From Candidatus Micrarchaeia archaeon (GTDB taxonomy: Archaea > Micrarchaeota > Micrarchaeia > CABMEP01), in NCBI GenBank assembly GCA_038881595.1, contig JAVZPM010000004.1, positions 13,567 through 77,566 on the forward strand: a DNA stretch of 64,000 nt, written 5' to 3'. Below the pieces are notes generated by a model. That model made no database searches. It was given only the letters and a program-made list of their open reading frames with translations, and was not told where the DNA came from. Positions 10,033 to 19,957 of this stretch are shown here, piece by piece (the stretch's first letter is position 1; every line of letters begins with the position of its first letter). A program made the translations under genes and the position numbers.

Positions 10033-12924
10033 ATGGCAAAGAAAGATATAGAACTTCCAGAATATAAGATACAAAGAGTGTTTACAAAAGAGGGAATACA
10101 TCCATATGACATGATAATGTGGGAGAAAAGAGATTCAGTAATCATGGATGCGAAGGGAAAGAAAATATTCGAACAAAAAGATGTAGAGGTTCCAGCTACC
10201 TGGTCTCAATCTGCAACGAATATCGCTGCTTCTAAATACTTTAGAGGAAAATTGGGCACTCCTGAAAGAGAGACAAGCGTTAAACAGATGGTAGATAGAG
10301 TAGTAAGAACAATAACAGAATGGGGAAAGAAGGATGGATATTTTGCTTCTGCTGATGAGGCAAAAATATTTAGTGATGAATTAACATACATACTTGTAAA
10401 TCAATACGCGGCATTCAATAGCCCGGTATGGTTTAACTTCGGGGTTGAGAAGAGACCTCAGGGGTCGGCGTGTTTTATCAATTCTGTAGAGGATGACATG
10501 AGATCTATCCTCCAGCTCGCAGTAACCGAAGGAATGTTATTTAAGTATGGATCTGGTGCCGGAGTTAATCTCTCTGTACTTAGATCATCAAAAGAATATT
10601 TATCAAGTGGTGGAAAAGCATCTGGTCCAGTATCATTTATGAAAGGATATGATGCATTTGCGGGAGTAATAAAATCTGGAGGAAAGACAAGAAGAGCTGC
10701 TAAGATGGTTATATTAAATGTAGATCATCCGGACATAAGAGAATTTATCTGGTGTAAGGCAAAGGAGGAAAGAAAGGCAAGGGATCTCATAAAGCTAGGT
10801 TATGATGGTTCACTTGATGGAGATGTATATGCTAATATCTTCTTCCAGAATGCTAATAACTCTGTAAGAGTAACAGATGAATTCATGCAGGCAGTAAAGG
10901 AAGGAAAAGAATATTCAACAAAATATGTTTCAACTGGAAAAGAATGTGAAAAACTGGATGCAAGAACTATAATGAAAGAGATTGCAGAAGCAACTTGGGA
11001 ATGTGGAGATCCAGGCATACAGTTTGATACCACTATCAACAAGTGGCATACTTGCAAGGCAAGCGGTAGGATAAATGCATCTAATCCATGCAGCGAATAT
11101 ATGTTTCTTGACAATTCTGCATGCAACCTAGCATCAATAAATTTACTTAAATATCTTGATCCAGAAACTGGAAGATTTGACACTGAAAAATTCAAGCATA
11201 CAGTTGCAATAATGATAACTGCACAAGAAATCATAGTAGGCAATGCTGCATATCCTACACCTGAAATTGAAAGAAATTCTATCGACTTTAGACCTCTTGG
11301 TTTGGGCTATGCAAACCTGGGCGCTCTGCTTATGGCATGTGGACTTCCATATGATAGTGATGAAGGAAGAGCATATGCATCTGCAGTGAGTGCACTTATG
11401 ACTGGATATGGATATTACATCTCAGCTATGCTTGCCAAAAGAATAGGACCATTCAACAAGTATGAAATGAACAAGGAGTCAATGTTAGAAGTAATAAAGA
11501 TGCATCTTGATCATGCAGAAGGAATAAGTGAAAAAGTACCTCACTATTTGAGAAACGCTGCAATTGAAGCATGGAGACATGCGTTTGCAACTGGTTCTAT
11601 GTACGGATATAGAAATGCACAGATATCTGCGATCGCACCTACGGGAACGATTGGATTCTTAATGGATTGTGATACAACAGGAATAGAACCAGATATTGCA
11701 TTGATTAAATACAAATGGCTAGTTGGCGGGGGAATGATGAAGATAGTAAATTCGACTGTTCCTATCGCACTTAAGAGATTGGGATATACAGAACAACAAA
11801 TAAATGAAATAATGCAATATATAGATGATAAAGAGACTATAGAAGGTGCACCACACCTTAAGGAAGAGCATCTACCTGTATTTGATTGCGCATTCAAACC
11901 TGCAAATGGCAAAAGATTCATTCATTATCTTGGCCATATCAAAATGATGGCTGCTGTTCAGCCATTTATATCTGGTGCTATTTCAAAGACAGTTAACATG
12001 CCTAAGGAATCAACAGTGGAAGATATATACAACGCATATGTGATATCATGGGAACTTGGACTCAAGGCGATTGCAATATATAGAGATGGATCAAAGGGAG
12101 TCCAGCCTATCACGCTCACCAAAGAGGTGAAGGAGGTAGATAAGATCGAGGCGGCCAAGGTTGAAGTTAAAGAGGTTGTGAAGGAAGTGGTGGTAAACCG
12201 ACCCACCAGGAGAAAGCTTCCTGACGAGAGGAGATCAATTACCCATAAGTTCAGTATATCTGGGCATGAAGGATATATAACTGTGGGTCTGTATGAAAAT
12301 GGGCAACCTGGAGAGATATTCATCACCATGTCCAAGGAAGGAAGTACCATCTCTGGATTGATGGATGCTTTTGCAACGTCTATATCAATTGCTCTCCAGT
12401 ATGGAGTTCCTTTGAAGACCTTGGTTAAGAAGTTCGTTCACATGAGGTTCGAGCCATCTGGATACACTTCTCATCCAAACATAAGATTTGCTAAATCATT
12501 AATGGATTACATATTCAGATGGATGGCTTTGAAATTCCTAAGCAGGGAGGAGCAGATAGAGGTTGGATTAAATCTTGAAACTGAAGGACCCATAACTTCA
12601 TATATAAAAGAGGAAGAAATTCCAGAGACAATAGAAACTGTAAATCAAGTGCCTGCTGAAAACAGTGCAATAGGTTCCCCACCTGGGAATTCAACGCAGA
12701 CAATAAGCAGCGATGCTGCAAATGGAGCTGCTGAGAAGTTGGTTGAAACAAAACCAGTTGTTGTGGCTCCTAGCGTTGCTATTGCAACTGAAAAGAAAAA
12801 CAGCAAGGTTGCATTCCAAAACTCAGAAGATGCGCCAGCCTGTTCTTACTGCGGAGCAATAATGGTAAGAAATGGTGCATGCTACAAGTGCCTTAATTGC
12901 GGCGCAACAAGCGGATGCAGCTAA
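10033..12924 (+). CDS. nrdJ: Class II (adenosylcobalamin-dependent) ribonucleotide reductase with C-terminal TSCPD and Zn-ribbon domains
   Basis: AFNSPVWFN, GSACFI, GGKTRRAAKM, ASNPCSEY (radical Cys), APTGTI, AISKTVN, RRKLPDER, terminal CSYC..CLNCG. RBS GGGGTG favours ATG at 10030 or 10033 over TTG at 9985. No intein visible. Confidence 0.96.
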   Translation: MAKKDIELPEYKIQRVFTKEGIHPYDMIMWEKRDSVIMDAKGKKIFEQKDVEVPATWSQSATNIAASKYFRGKLGTPERETSVKQMVDRVVRTITEWGKKDGYFASADEAKIFSDELTYILVNQYAAFNSPVWFNFGVEKRPQGSACFINSVEDDMRSILQLAVTEGMLFKYGSGAGVNLSVLRSSKEYLSSGGKASGPVSFMKGYDAFAGVIKSGGKTRRAAKMVILNVDHPDIREFIWCKAKEERKARDLIKLGYDGSLDGDVYANIFFQNANNSVRVTDEFMQAVKEGKEYSTKYVSTGKECEKLDARTIMKEIAEATWECGDPGIQFDTTINKWHTCKASGRINASNPCSEYMFLDNSACNLASINLLKYLDPETGRFDTEKFKHTVAIMITAQEIIVGNAAYPTPEIERNSIDFRPLGLGYANLGALLMACGLPYDSDEGRAYASAVSALMTGYGYYISAMLAKRIGPFNKYEMNKESMLEVIKMHLDHAEGISEKVPHYLRNAAIEAWRHAFATGSMYGYRNAQISAIAPTGTIGFLMDCDTTGIEPDIALIKYKWLVGGGMMKIVNSTVPIALKRLGYTEQQINEIMQYIDDKETIEGAPHLKEEHLPVFDCAFKPANGKRFIHYLGHIKMMAAVQPFISGAISKTVNMPKESTVEDIYNAYVISWELGLKAIAIYRDGSKGVQPITLTKEVKEVDKIEAAKVEVKEVVKEVVVNRPTRRKLPDERRSITHKFSISGHEGYITVGLYENGQPGEIFITMSKEGSTISGLMDAFATSISIALQYGVPLKTLVKKFVHMRFEPSGYTSHPNIRFAKSLMDYIFRWMALKFLSREEQIEVGLNLETEGPITSYIKEEEIPETIETVNQVPAENSAIGSPPGNSTQTISSDAANGAAEKLVETKPVVVAPSVAIATEKKNSKVAFQNSEDAPACSYCGAIMVRNGACYKCLNCGATSGCS

Positions 12925-13127
12925 TACGATTGCTTTTTTCATATTTTTTTCATATTTTTTATTAATTTTCCTTTTTTTTCATAAATATTATATCTATTTA
13001 TAATCTTATTTTCTATTTTGCAATATTGTTTCTAAAGTAGTGCCACCCAGATATAAGTAGAGCAAATAAATCTTATTTTTTGGTTTGTCAAACACTTAGA
13101 ATTTGGTTTGCCCATTGATATAGTTGT

Positions 13128-15881
13128 TTAATGAAACTCCCAGAATCTCTTTGTTCTTATAAATGTCTTCTGTGCTTCAAGGAGGGCTGCATAAAACTCG
13201 TCTTCATTCTTATATGGCCTGCTAAGAATGGAGGATGCCTTAGTTGGGCCTATTCCATATGTAGAAAGCGTGATAACGCCATTCCTTCCTGAGGCACTTA
13301 TTATGGCTGCCGATCTTTCAAGTTTTTCTCTCCAGCTTTTTTCCTCTGAATTAAGCCTCTTTTTCTTTAATAGCTTTCTAACGTCCTCTACAGAGACGAA
13401 ATTAGGCACTATTGTAACAACACTGCTTCCGCACTTTGGGCATTTTACCTTTTCCTGCAATGTTCCAATAAATGAAATCCAATCCTTTCCGCAATGCATG
13501 CAATATAAAACAACTGATTTGCCAAGCAACTTAGCTTTAAATGCCTTTATTATTTCTGATGTTGGCTCTATTGATGCGATAAGCTCTGATCCATGATTTC
13601 TTATGAGTGCACGCGTTGCTACTGGAGAGAGTTTCTTCACATGCACTGAATGGACAGAAATCTCTTTCTTTGCAATTCCATCAAGTATTTTTTGCGCATT
13701 CTTCAGATCATAATAGGAAGAATAAACATCCCTAAGCGTCTCTTCATAAACTGGTGTTCCTACAAAGGCCTGGATGAAACGATCTGAAATCCTAGGGGTT
13801 TCACGGAACAAATTAAACATCTTACCTATGTGGATGAATTTGAATCTAAAAAGCTTATGCTTAGAAAGATGAGATTCCAAATCTGATTTTATATCCGATC
13901 TGGCTATGGCTAAAAGCTGATCCTTTACTACATTTGACTCTGTCTTCCTTGGAAGAATCAATGCTATTCTATACGCATCCACAAGCGTTTTTATTGACGA
14001 ACCATATTCTTTTGATAATCTCTCTGCAAGCACTGCAGCTAATGTTCTGTTTGCATTAAGGCCACCGAGTACGTGTATTACAGCAACATCATTCCAGCAT
14101 TCTATAAGAATGTTTTTATTTGTTGGCATCATTTCCCTGAATTCTGGTGAATCAATTAAATCCTTTATAGCTTCTGCTTCTATTCCTGTTTCTTTTGCTG
14201 CTTTATTTATGTCTTCTGATTCCTTTAGAAGCTCCTTGATGATGGTTCTTAATTTTCCAACTGTCTGTGCAACTTCATAGCTTGTTGGTATTTCTTCCCC
14301 CTCCCAATCTGGAATAGCTGCACTGATATCATCCGCTGCCTCCACCACTACAATTCTCCTCTCATTATCAATATCAAGTATCCTCCATGGAACCCCTTTA
14401 GTTATGAAAAGCTCGTTTGTTTCAAAGAAAGAAACAAAATCCTCATCAAGAGTTGATATTATCTTGTTTGTTGCTGCATCCTTCACAAGGAATTTTTCAA
14501 CAGATGGAATGGTGGAAAGATGCTCATAGTAGTATAAACGTGTAGAAGACATTCTCTGTAGCATGTTTCCGTTCTTTTTCAAAAGCCTTTTATCTTCCAT
14601 AAAGTTAATTACAGATAAAAACTTCTCTGGATGAAGTGTTGAATATGGATAGGCTCTCTTTATTACGCTATAAACCTCCTCTGTACTTACTTCCTTCTCT
14701 CTTTCAATCAATATACCTGCAATCTGATGTGCAAGAACATCTAATGCATTTTCACAGATATGCTGTTCTTCCAACTGACCTTCTTCTATTAATTTTAACA
14801 GTGCATGAGCCTCAAATATATCATCTGGATCTGCACATATAATTGTTCCTTTTGAAGTTCCTTTTATAGTATGTCCGCTTCTTCCTACTCTCTGAACAAG
14901 TCTTGAAACCTGTCTAGGTGACATGTATTGGATTACATGTGAAATATCTCCTATATCTATTCCAAGCTCTAATGAAGAAGTAGCAACAAGAGCATGAAGC
15001 TTTCCGTTTTTGAAATCATCCTCTAATTGAATTCTTACTTCTTTTGAAAGAGAGCCATGGTGAACTGCTATCTTTGGATCTAACTTCATCAACCTAGAAC
15101 CGAGAATCTCAGCGATAGAGCGGGTGTTTACAAATATAAGAGTGTGTTGATGCTGTATAATTTTTTGAATTTCCTTTAATCTTGCAACAGCAGCTGAATC
15201 GATCTGAAGTTCATTTGCTTCTTTTTCATAGTGAATTGCTGGTTGAGGGTAAGAAATCTCAAATTTCATTGACTTTAGATACTTTAAGTCAACTATTTCA
15301 CATGAACGAAATCCGCACAAAAATTGAGACAACTTTATTGGATCTGAAACTGTGGCGCTTATACCTATTCTTTGAAATTCGCCTGCTTTCTCTGCTAATC
15401 TTTCTAGGCCTATTGAAAGTTGTGCTCCTCTTTTGCTATCTGCAAGCTCATGAAGTTCATCTACTATTACATATTTTACATTTCTAAGATGCTCACCTAT
15501 TTTCTTTGCAGGTAGAATAGCTTGAAGGGTTTCGGGGGTTGTAATAAGAAACTGTGGAGGTGATTTAGCCTGTAAAGATCTTTCAGAAGTTCCTGTATCT
15601 CCGTGTCTTACTGCAATAGTTATTCCTATTTCTTTTGCCCATTCCGTCAGTCTTTTAAGCATATCTCTATTTAAAGCACGAAGAGGAGTGATATAAATAG
15701 CTGCTATTCCTTTAAGATTGCTTTCTTTTATCTTTTCCATTATTGGTACAGCTGCAGTCTCTGTTTTTCCTGAGCCGGTTGGTGCTATTATTAAAACGTT
15801 CTTTCCTTGTTGCACTAAAGGAATTGCTTGCTTCTGTATTTCTGTAAGAGAACCAAATTTTTTAATTATCAAATGTGACAT
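13128..15881 (-). CDS. lhr: Lhr-family ATP-dependent helicase
   Basis: APTGSGKT, TTPETL, DELHEL, HHGSLS, ATSSLELGIDIG, QRVGRSGH, C-terminal CxxC..CxxC. Confidence 0.92.
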   Translation of the reverse strand: MSHLIIKKFGSLTEIQKQAIPLVQQGKNVLIIAPTGSGKTETAAVPIMEKIKESNLKGIAAIYITPLRALNRDMLKRLTEWAKEIGITIAVRHGDTGTSERSLQAKSPPQFLITTPETLQAILPAKKIGEHLRNVKYVIVDELHELADSKRGAQLSIGLERLAEKAGEFQRIGISATVSDPIKLSQFLCGFRSCEIVDLKYLKSMKFEISYPQPAIHYEKEANELQIDSAAVARLKEIQKIIQHQHTLIFVNTRSIAEILGSRLMKLDPKIAVHHGSLSKEVRIQLEDDFKNGKLHALVATSSLELGIDIGDISHVIQYMSPRQVSRLVQRVGRSGHTIKGTSKGTIICADPDDIFEAHALLKLIEEGQLEEQHICENALDVLAHQIAGILIEREKEVSTEEVYSVIKRAYPYSTLHPEKFLSVINFMEDKRLLKKNGNMLQRMSSTRLYYYEHLSTIPSVEKFLVKDAATNKIISTLDEDFVSFFETNELFITKGVPWRILDIDNERRIVVVEAADDISAAIPDWEGEEIPTSYEVAQTVGKLRTIIKELLKESEDINKAAKETGIEAEAIKDLIDSPEFREMMPTNKNILIECWNDVAVIHVLGGLNANRTLAAVLAERLSKEYGSSIKTLVDAYRIALILPRKTESNVVKDQLLAIARSDIKSDLESHLSKHKLFRFKFIHIGKMFNLFRETPRISDRFIQAFVGTPVYEETLRDVYSSYYDLKNAQKILDGIAKKEISVHSVHVKKLSPVATRALIRNHGSELIASIEPTSEIIKAFKAKLLGKSVVLYCMHCGKDWISFIGTLQEKVKCPKCGSSVVTIVPNFVSVEDVRKLLKKKRLNSEEKSWREKLERSAAIISASGRNGVITLSTYGIGPTKASSILSRPYKNEDEFYAALLEAQKTFIRTKRFWEFH

Positions 15882-15970
15882 ATTTTCACAATCCAGAATT
15901 AAACTAATAAATGTAATATTAAAAATAGAAAAACACCTATTTAATACTTATTAAACATGATTTCTTATGA

Positions 15971-16570
15971 TTATTTTTGTTTCAGATGAGATGGAATTTT
16001 ATATTTTTTAAATTCATCTAACAGAATCTTTCCATATATCAATCTTGAAAATGATTCAGCTATAAATTTTGCTCCTGTGATTGCAATATGAGGGTGAGGT
16101 TCTTCTGGAAGTCCAACGTAATTGAATACATAATCAGACGTTATGTTTGCTTTATTCCATTTCATAGGAATTGCTATTCCTTTTCTTAAATGATCTGCAT
16201 AACAAATAGAATGAAGATCTACAGATCTTGATTGAATTCTATGGTTTAAATTATATATTTCAATAGCTGCTTGAATAAATTTCGAATCAAATGAACCAAA
16301 ATTATGTCCTGCAAGAGTTTGATTTTCAGACTTAAGAAGCCATGAAAGAAACTCGCTTATCGCTTCTTTAAGTGAAGGCTTATTTGGGTCAAACAAAGAA
16401 TCTCTCTTAAATCCATTTACACTTAAAGCAGCTTCTTCTATAATTGCCCCTTCCCATGGCCTGCATTCTCGATAAAATTGCCTCTTAGGATTGGAAAAAT
16501 CCACTGCGCCTATACTAATTATAGAATTTTTCTTAGGATCGAGACCTGTTGTTTCTACATCTATTACTAT
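15971..16570 (-). CDS. DEDDh 3'-5' exonuclease family protein, copy 2 (no canonical start codon)
   Basis: The frame extends upstream of the called GTG at 16504 to IVIDVETTGLDPKKNSIISIG. In-frame TAA at 16583-16585; the likely start candidate is ATA at 16570. Confidence 0.7.
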   Translation of the reverse strand: MVIDVETTGLDPKKNSIISIGAVDFSNPKRQFYRECRPWEGAIIEEAALSVNGFKRDSLFDPNKPSLKEAISEFLSWLLKSENQTLAGHNFGSFDSKFIQAAIEIYNLNHRIQSRSVDLHSICYADHLRKGIAIPMKWNKANITSDYVFNYVGLPEEPHPHIAITGAKFIAESFSRLIYGKILLDEFKKYKIPSHLKQK

Positions 16571-16645
16571 CGGATTATCACCTTAGAAAAAACACAGTTG
16601 TAATATAAAAAGATTGTGATAAGCAAAAAATACAGTTTCAACAAA

Positions 16646-17242
16646 TCAAATATTAAGATAACTTGGAACAGTATACATTGCAAATTCAGGAAGAAGAGAC
16701 TTTCCATAAAGAAGGCGTGAAAAGGCTTCAGCTGCTGCCTTTGCACCAAATAATGCATTGTGCGGAACCGGCTCATCTGGTAAGCCTACATAGTTAAGAA
16801 CCTTGTTAAAACTCAGATCAGTTCTGTTGTCTTTAAGTGGAGGAATAATGCCTCTCTTAAGATGGTGGGTGTAGCAGACTGAATGAAGATCTACGATTCT
16901 TCTATGCGGCTTCCAGGAAAGATTGTAAATTTCAGCTGTTTCTTTTAAGAAAGCCCAATCAAATCCAAAGTTATGGCCACCGAGTGTTTGATTTTCTGAT
17001 TCGCTAACCCATTTAAGAAAGTTGTTCATTGCCTCATAAAGAGTTTTTCTGTCTTCATCAAGAATCTGCTCCTTGGTAAATCCATTAACTGCTAACGCAT
17101 CATCGTCTATTTCCGCTCCATTCCATGGCCTGCATTCTTCATAAAATGTCCTTTCAGGATGAAGGAAATCTATTGCTCCTATGCTGACTATTGAATTCTT
17201 TTTAGGATTGACACCTGTAGTTTCAAGATCTACAATTAACAT
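16646..17242 (-). CDS. DEDDh 3'-5' exonuclease family protein, copy 1
   Basis: DLETTG, GHNFGFD, VDLHS and HNAL motifs. Confidence 0.88.
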   Translation of the reverse strand: MLIVDLETTGVNPKKNSIVSIGAIDFLHPERTFYEECRPWNGAEIDDDALAVNGFTKEQILDEDRKTLYEAMNNFLKWVSESENQTLGGHNFGFDWAFLKETAEIYNLSWKPHRRIVDLHSVCYTHHLKRGIIPPLKDNRTDLSFNKVLNYVGLPDEPVPHNALFGAKAAAEAFSRLLYGKSLLPEFAMYTVPSYLNI

Positions 17243-17325
17243 TTTATCACCTGTTGAGGATTTAGTTTATTTGAATATAAAAGAAAGACATTTGGTTAAA
17301 TATAAATAACTAATAATTAAAACAA

Positions 17326-17790
17326 TTACTTCTGTTCTTCGTACATTTTTTGAAGGATATTTAACGATTGCTTTATGTTAAAGAATGCCATGTATGCTCT
17401 TTTTTGATATGTTGTTTCTAGAGCTGAAGAAAGATCATCATATTGAAATCCTGAAAAACGATATGTGCCTCTATTGTCTTCAAGTATTCCCATCTTTCTA
17501 AGCTGTGTTAAGTGATATCTTATTGTTTTTTCATTCATTTGAATGTTATTCTTTGAAAAATATTCAACTAGATCTTGATAGTTCGGTTCTTTCTTCTCTT
17601 TAAGATGATAATAAAGAAGCGCCTCAAGAACATTTAAAACTGACTGTCTTGACTCATTTTTTGATATTATTCCTAAAGATAAAGCTAACCATCTTACTAG
17701 AGATTTTCTTGTCATTTTTACTTCATCATTCAAATCCATGTCCCGGAGAATAATTTCTGACTTTATAAGTTTTGATTCTGGAATTTCCAT
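17326..17790 (-). CDS. Winged helix-turn-helix domain protein
   Basis: MNEKTIRYHLTQLRKMGILEDNRGTYRF recognition helix and wing. Confidence 0.7.
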   Translation of the reverse strand: MEIPESKLIKSEIILRDMDLNDEVKMTRKSLVRWLALSLGIISKNESRQSVLNVLEALLYYHLKEKKEPNYQDLVEYFSKNNIQMNEKTIRYHLTQLRKMGILEDNRGTYRFSGFQYDDLSSALETTYQKRAYMAFFNIKQSLNILQKMYEEQK

Positions 17791-17854
17791 AAATATATTA
17801 GAACAGCAAAATTTAATATTCTTGCATGTGATTTAATAAAGTTAGGTGAAGAAA

Positions 17855-18865
17855 ATGGTTTCAAAGGATAAGATAAAAAAGGCACACGATGCAAATTATA
17901 AAGAATCAGAAGAACCTGATGAATTGCCTATTGTTAAAGGTTATGATTTTGACGAATTTAAAATTAATAAGGAAGCAAATGAGTTAATAAATTCATATTA
18001 CAACATAGGAATGCAAGCATCTCATCTTGGTAAGGCTATAGAAATAGCTAAAGAAATGAGAAGAGGGAATGCAGATATTTTTTTAGCCTATAATTCAAAT
18101 ATGGTAAGTTCTGGTATAAGGGACGTTATAAGATATCTTGTAAAGCATAAAATGGTTAAGGCCTTAGTTACAACTACAGGTGGAGTGGAAGAAGATATTT
18201 TGAAAACGTTTGGCAATTTTTATGTTGGGGATTTTAGAGCTGACGGTGCTGAATTAAGGAAAAAAGGAATTAATAGAATAGGGAATGTTTTTGTCCCAAA
18301 TAATAGATACATTGAATTTGAAAAGATGATGCATCCTTTCTTAAAGGATTTGCTTGAAGAGCAAAGAAGCACAGGACATATTCATACTCCTTCTGAATTT
18401 ATTCATAAATTAGGACTTAAAGTTCAGGATGAAAAATCAATTTATTATTGGGCTTCGAGAAATAATATTCCAACATTCTGCCCAGCCTTAACAGATGGAT
18501 CAATAGGTGATATGATCTACTTCTTTAGAGAAAGTGATAAGAAAAATGCTGACTTCAGAATTGACATAGCTGCAGACATGAATAAACTTGTTAATATGGT
18601 TTTAGATGCAAAGAAAACAGGTGTAATAGTTCTAGGTGGTGGGATAATAAAGCACCATATAATGAATGCAAATTTATATAGAAACGGAGCTGATTATACT
18701 ATTTACATAAATACAGAAATTGAAGAGGGCGGGTCAGACAGTGGTGCAAGACCTGATGAGGCCGTGTCTTGGGGAAAAATAAAGCCAGGCACAAAAAGTG
18801 TTAAGGTATTCTGCGATGCAACTATTGCATTTCCATTGCTTGTAGCTGGTGCATTCACAAAATAA
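17855..18865 (+). CDS. dys: Deoxyhypusine synthase
   Basis: SNMVSSG, TTGGVEED, NRIGN, TDGSIGD, SGARPDEAVSWGK (catalytic Lys), DATIAFPL. Confidence 0.96.
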   Translation: MVSKDKIKKAHDANYKESEEPDELPIVKGYDFDEFKINKEANELINSYYNIGMQASHLGKAIEIAKEMRRGNADIFLAYNSNMVSSGIRDVIRYLVKHKMVKALVTTTGGVEEDILKTFGNFYVGDFRADGAELRKKGINRIGNVFVPNNRYIEFEKMMHPFLKDLLEEQRSTGHIHTPSEFIHKLGLKVQDEKSIYYWASRNNIPTFCPALTDGSIGDMIYFFRESDKKNADFRIDIAADMNKLVNMVLDAKKTGVIVLGGGIIKHHIMNANLYRNGADYTIYINTEIEEGGSDSGARPDEAVSWGKIKPGTKSVKVFCDATIAFPLLVAGAFTK

Positions 18866-18950
18866 TAAACAGATAAAATAATAATATAAAATAAGAAACA
18901 TAAAATACATAAAAACTAAACTTTTTAAACTGAAGCTTATAAACTAGATT

Positions 18951-19859
18951 ATGGCAGATAAGAAGGAAAAATCAATATTGCCTAAAGTAAACTTTATGGG
19001 GCTTGATGTAACTTATGAAGAAGCAAGAGCAGTGATACTTCCTGCACCTTTCGCTTCAACATCTATTTCTGAACAAACACTTCTTGGACCTTCAGAGATC
19101 CTTGAAAACTGGAACATGGAGGATTATGACCTTCAGCTGAATTATTCTCCATGCGCAGCAAGAATCTATCCTCTTCCTGAAAGAATTTATTCAGGAGATG
19201 CTGGATTGAATTCCATATATATGAACACAAAAAAGATAATCCAGGATGGAAAGTTTCCAGTAGTACTTGGAGGTGATCAGGCTGTTTCTCTAGCTACAGT
19301 AAAAGCTGCAAGTGAAGAGATGAAGAAAAAAGGCGAAGAATTCAGTGTTCTAATCATTGATGCCCACACAGATATGAAAGATGAATTTGAAGGAAATAAA
19401 AATTCTAATCTTTCTGTCACAAAGAGGCTTGTTGAGAATAAAATAAAAGTAAGTTTGTTGGGAACCAGGAGCATAGGAAGCGAAGAAATTGATGAAGCTG
19501 AAAAGCTTGATGCTTATTGCAGAATAAGCAACCAGAAGGAGCTCAATGATTTTCTAAAGGGTATTGAAGATAATATTTACATAAGCATAGATGTGGATGC
19601 ATTTGATCCTTCCTTAATGCCTGCAACATTAATGCCTGAGCCCTGGGGACTAAGTTGGGATGAGGTTGTAAGTCCATTGATAAAAATAGGAGAAAAAAGG
19701 AATATAATAGGAGTTGATATAACTGAACATGCACCAATAAATGGCTTCAAAATGCCATCCATCATATGTGCACAACTTGCATATAAATTGATAGGAATCA
19801 AATTCAAGAGACAGGCAGAAGAAGAAGGATGGGAAGAATGCTATGAGGGAATGAAATAA
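18951..19859 (+). CDS. Agmatinase/ureohydrolase family protein with a divergent active site
   Basis: DAHTD, SIDVDAFDP and DITE retained; GGDH reads GGDQ. Confidence 0.85.
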   Translation: MADKKEKSILPKVNFMGLDVTYEEARAVILPAPFASTSISEQTLLGPSEILENWNMEDYDLQLNYSPCAARIYPLPERIYSGDAGLNSIYMNTKKIIQDGKFPVVLGGDQAVSLATVKAASEEMKKKGEEFSVLIIDAHTDMKDEFEGNKNSNLSVTKRLVENKIKVSLLGTRSIGSEEIDEAEKLDAYCRISNQKELNDFLKGIEDNIYISIDVDAFDPSLMPATLMPEPWGLSWDEVVSPLIKIGEKRNIIGVDITEHAPINGFKMPSIICAQLAYKLIGIKFKRQAEEEGWEECYEGMK

Positions 19860-19957
19860 AATGTAAAGTAGAATGAAATAAAAATAGAAGTAAAAATAAA
19901 ATTAAATGAAAATTGTTAGATAATTTAATGCTAAAAATCATATTGAGAGGGAGAAAG

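Noticed and set aside
10033..15881. Inteins in NrdJ or Lhr (also checked RFC-L)
   Set aside because: Motif spacing is continuous; no intein termini or LAGLIDADG blocks seen.
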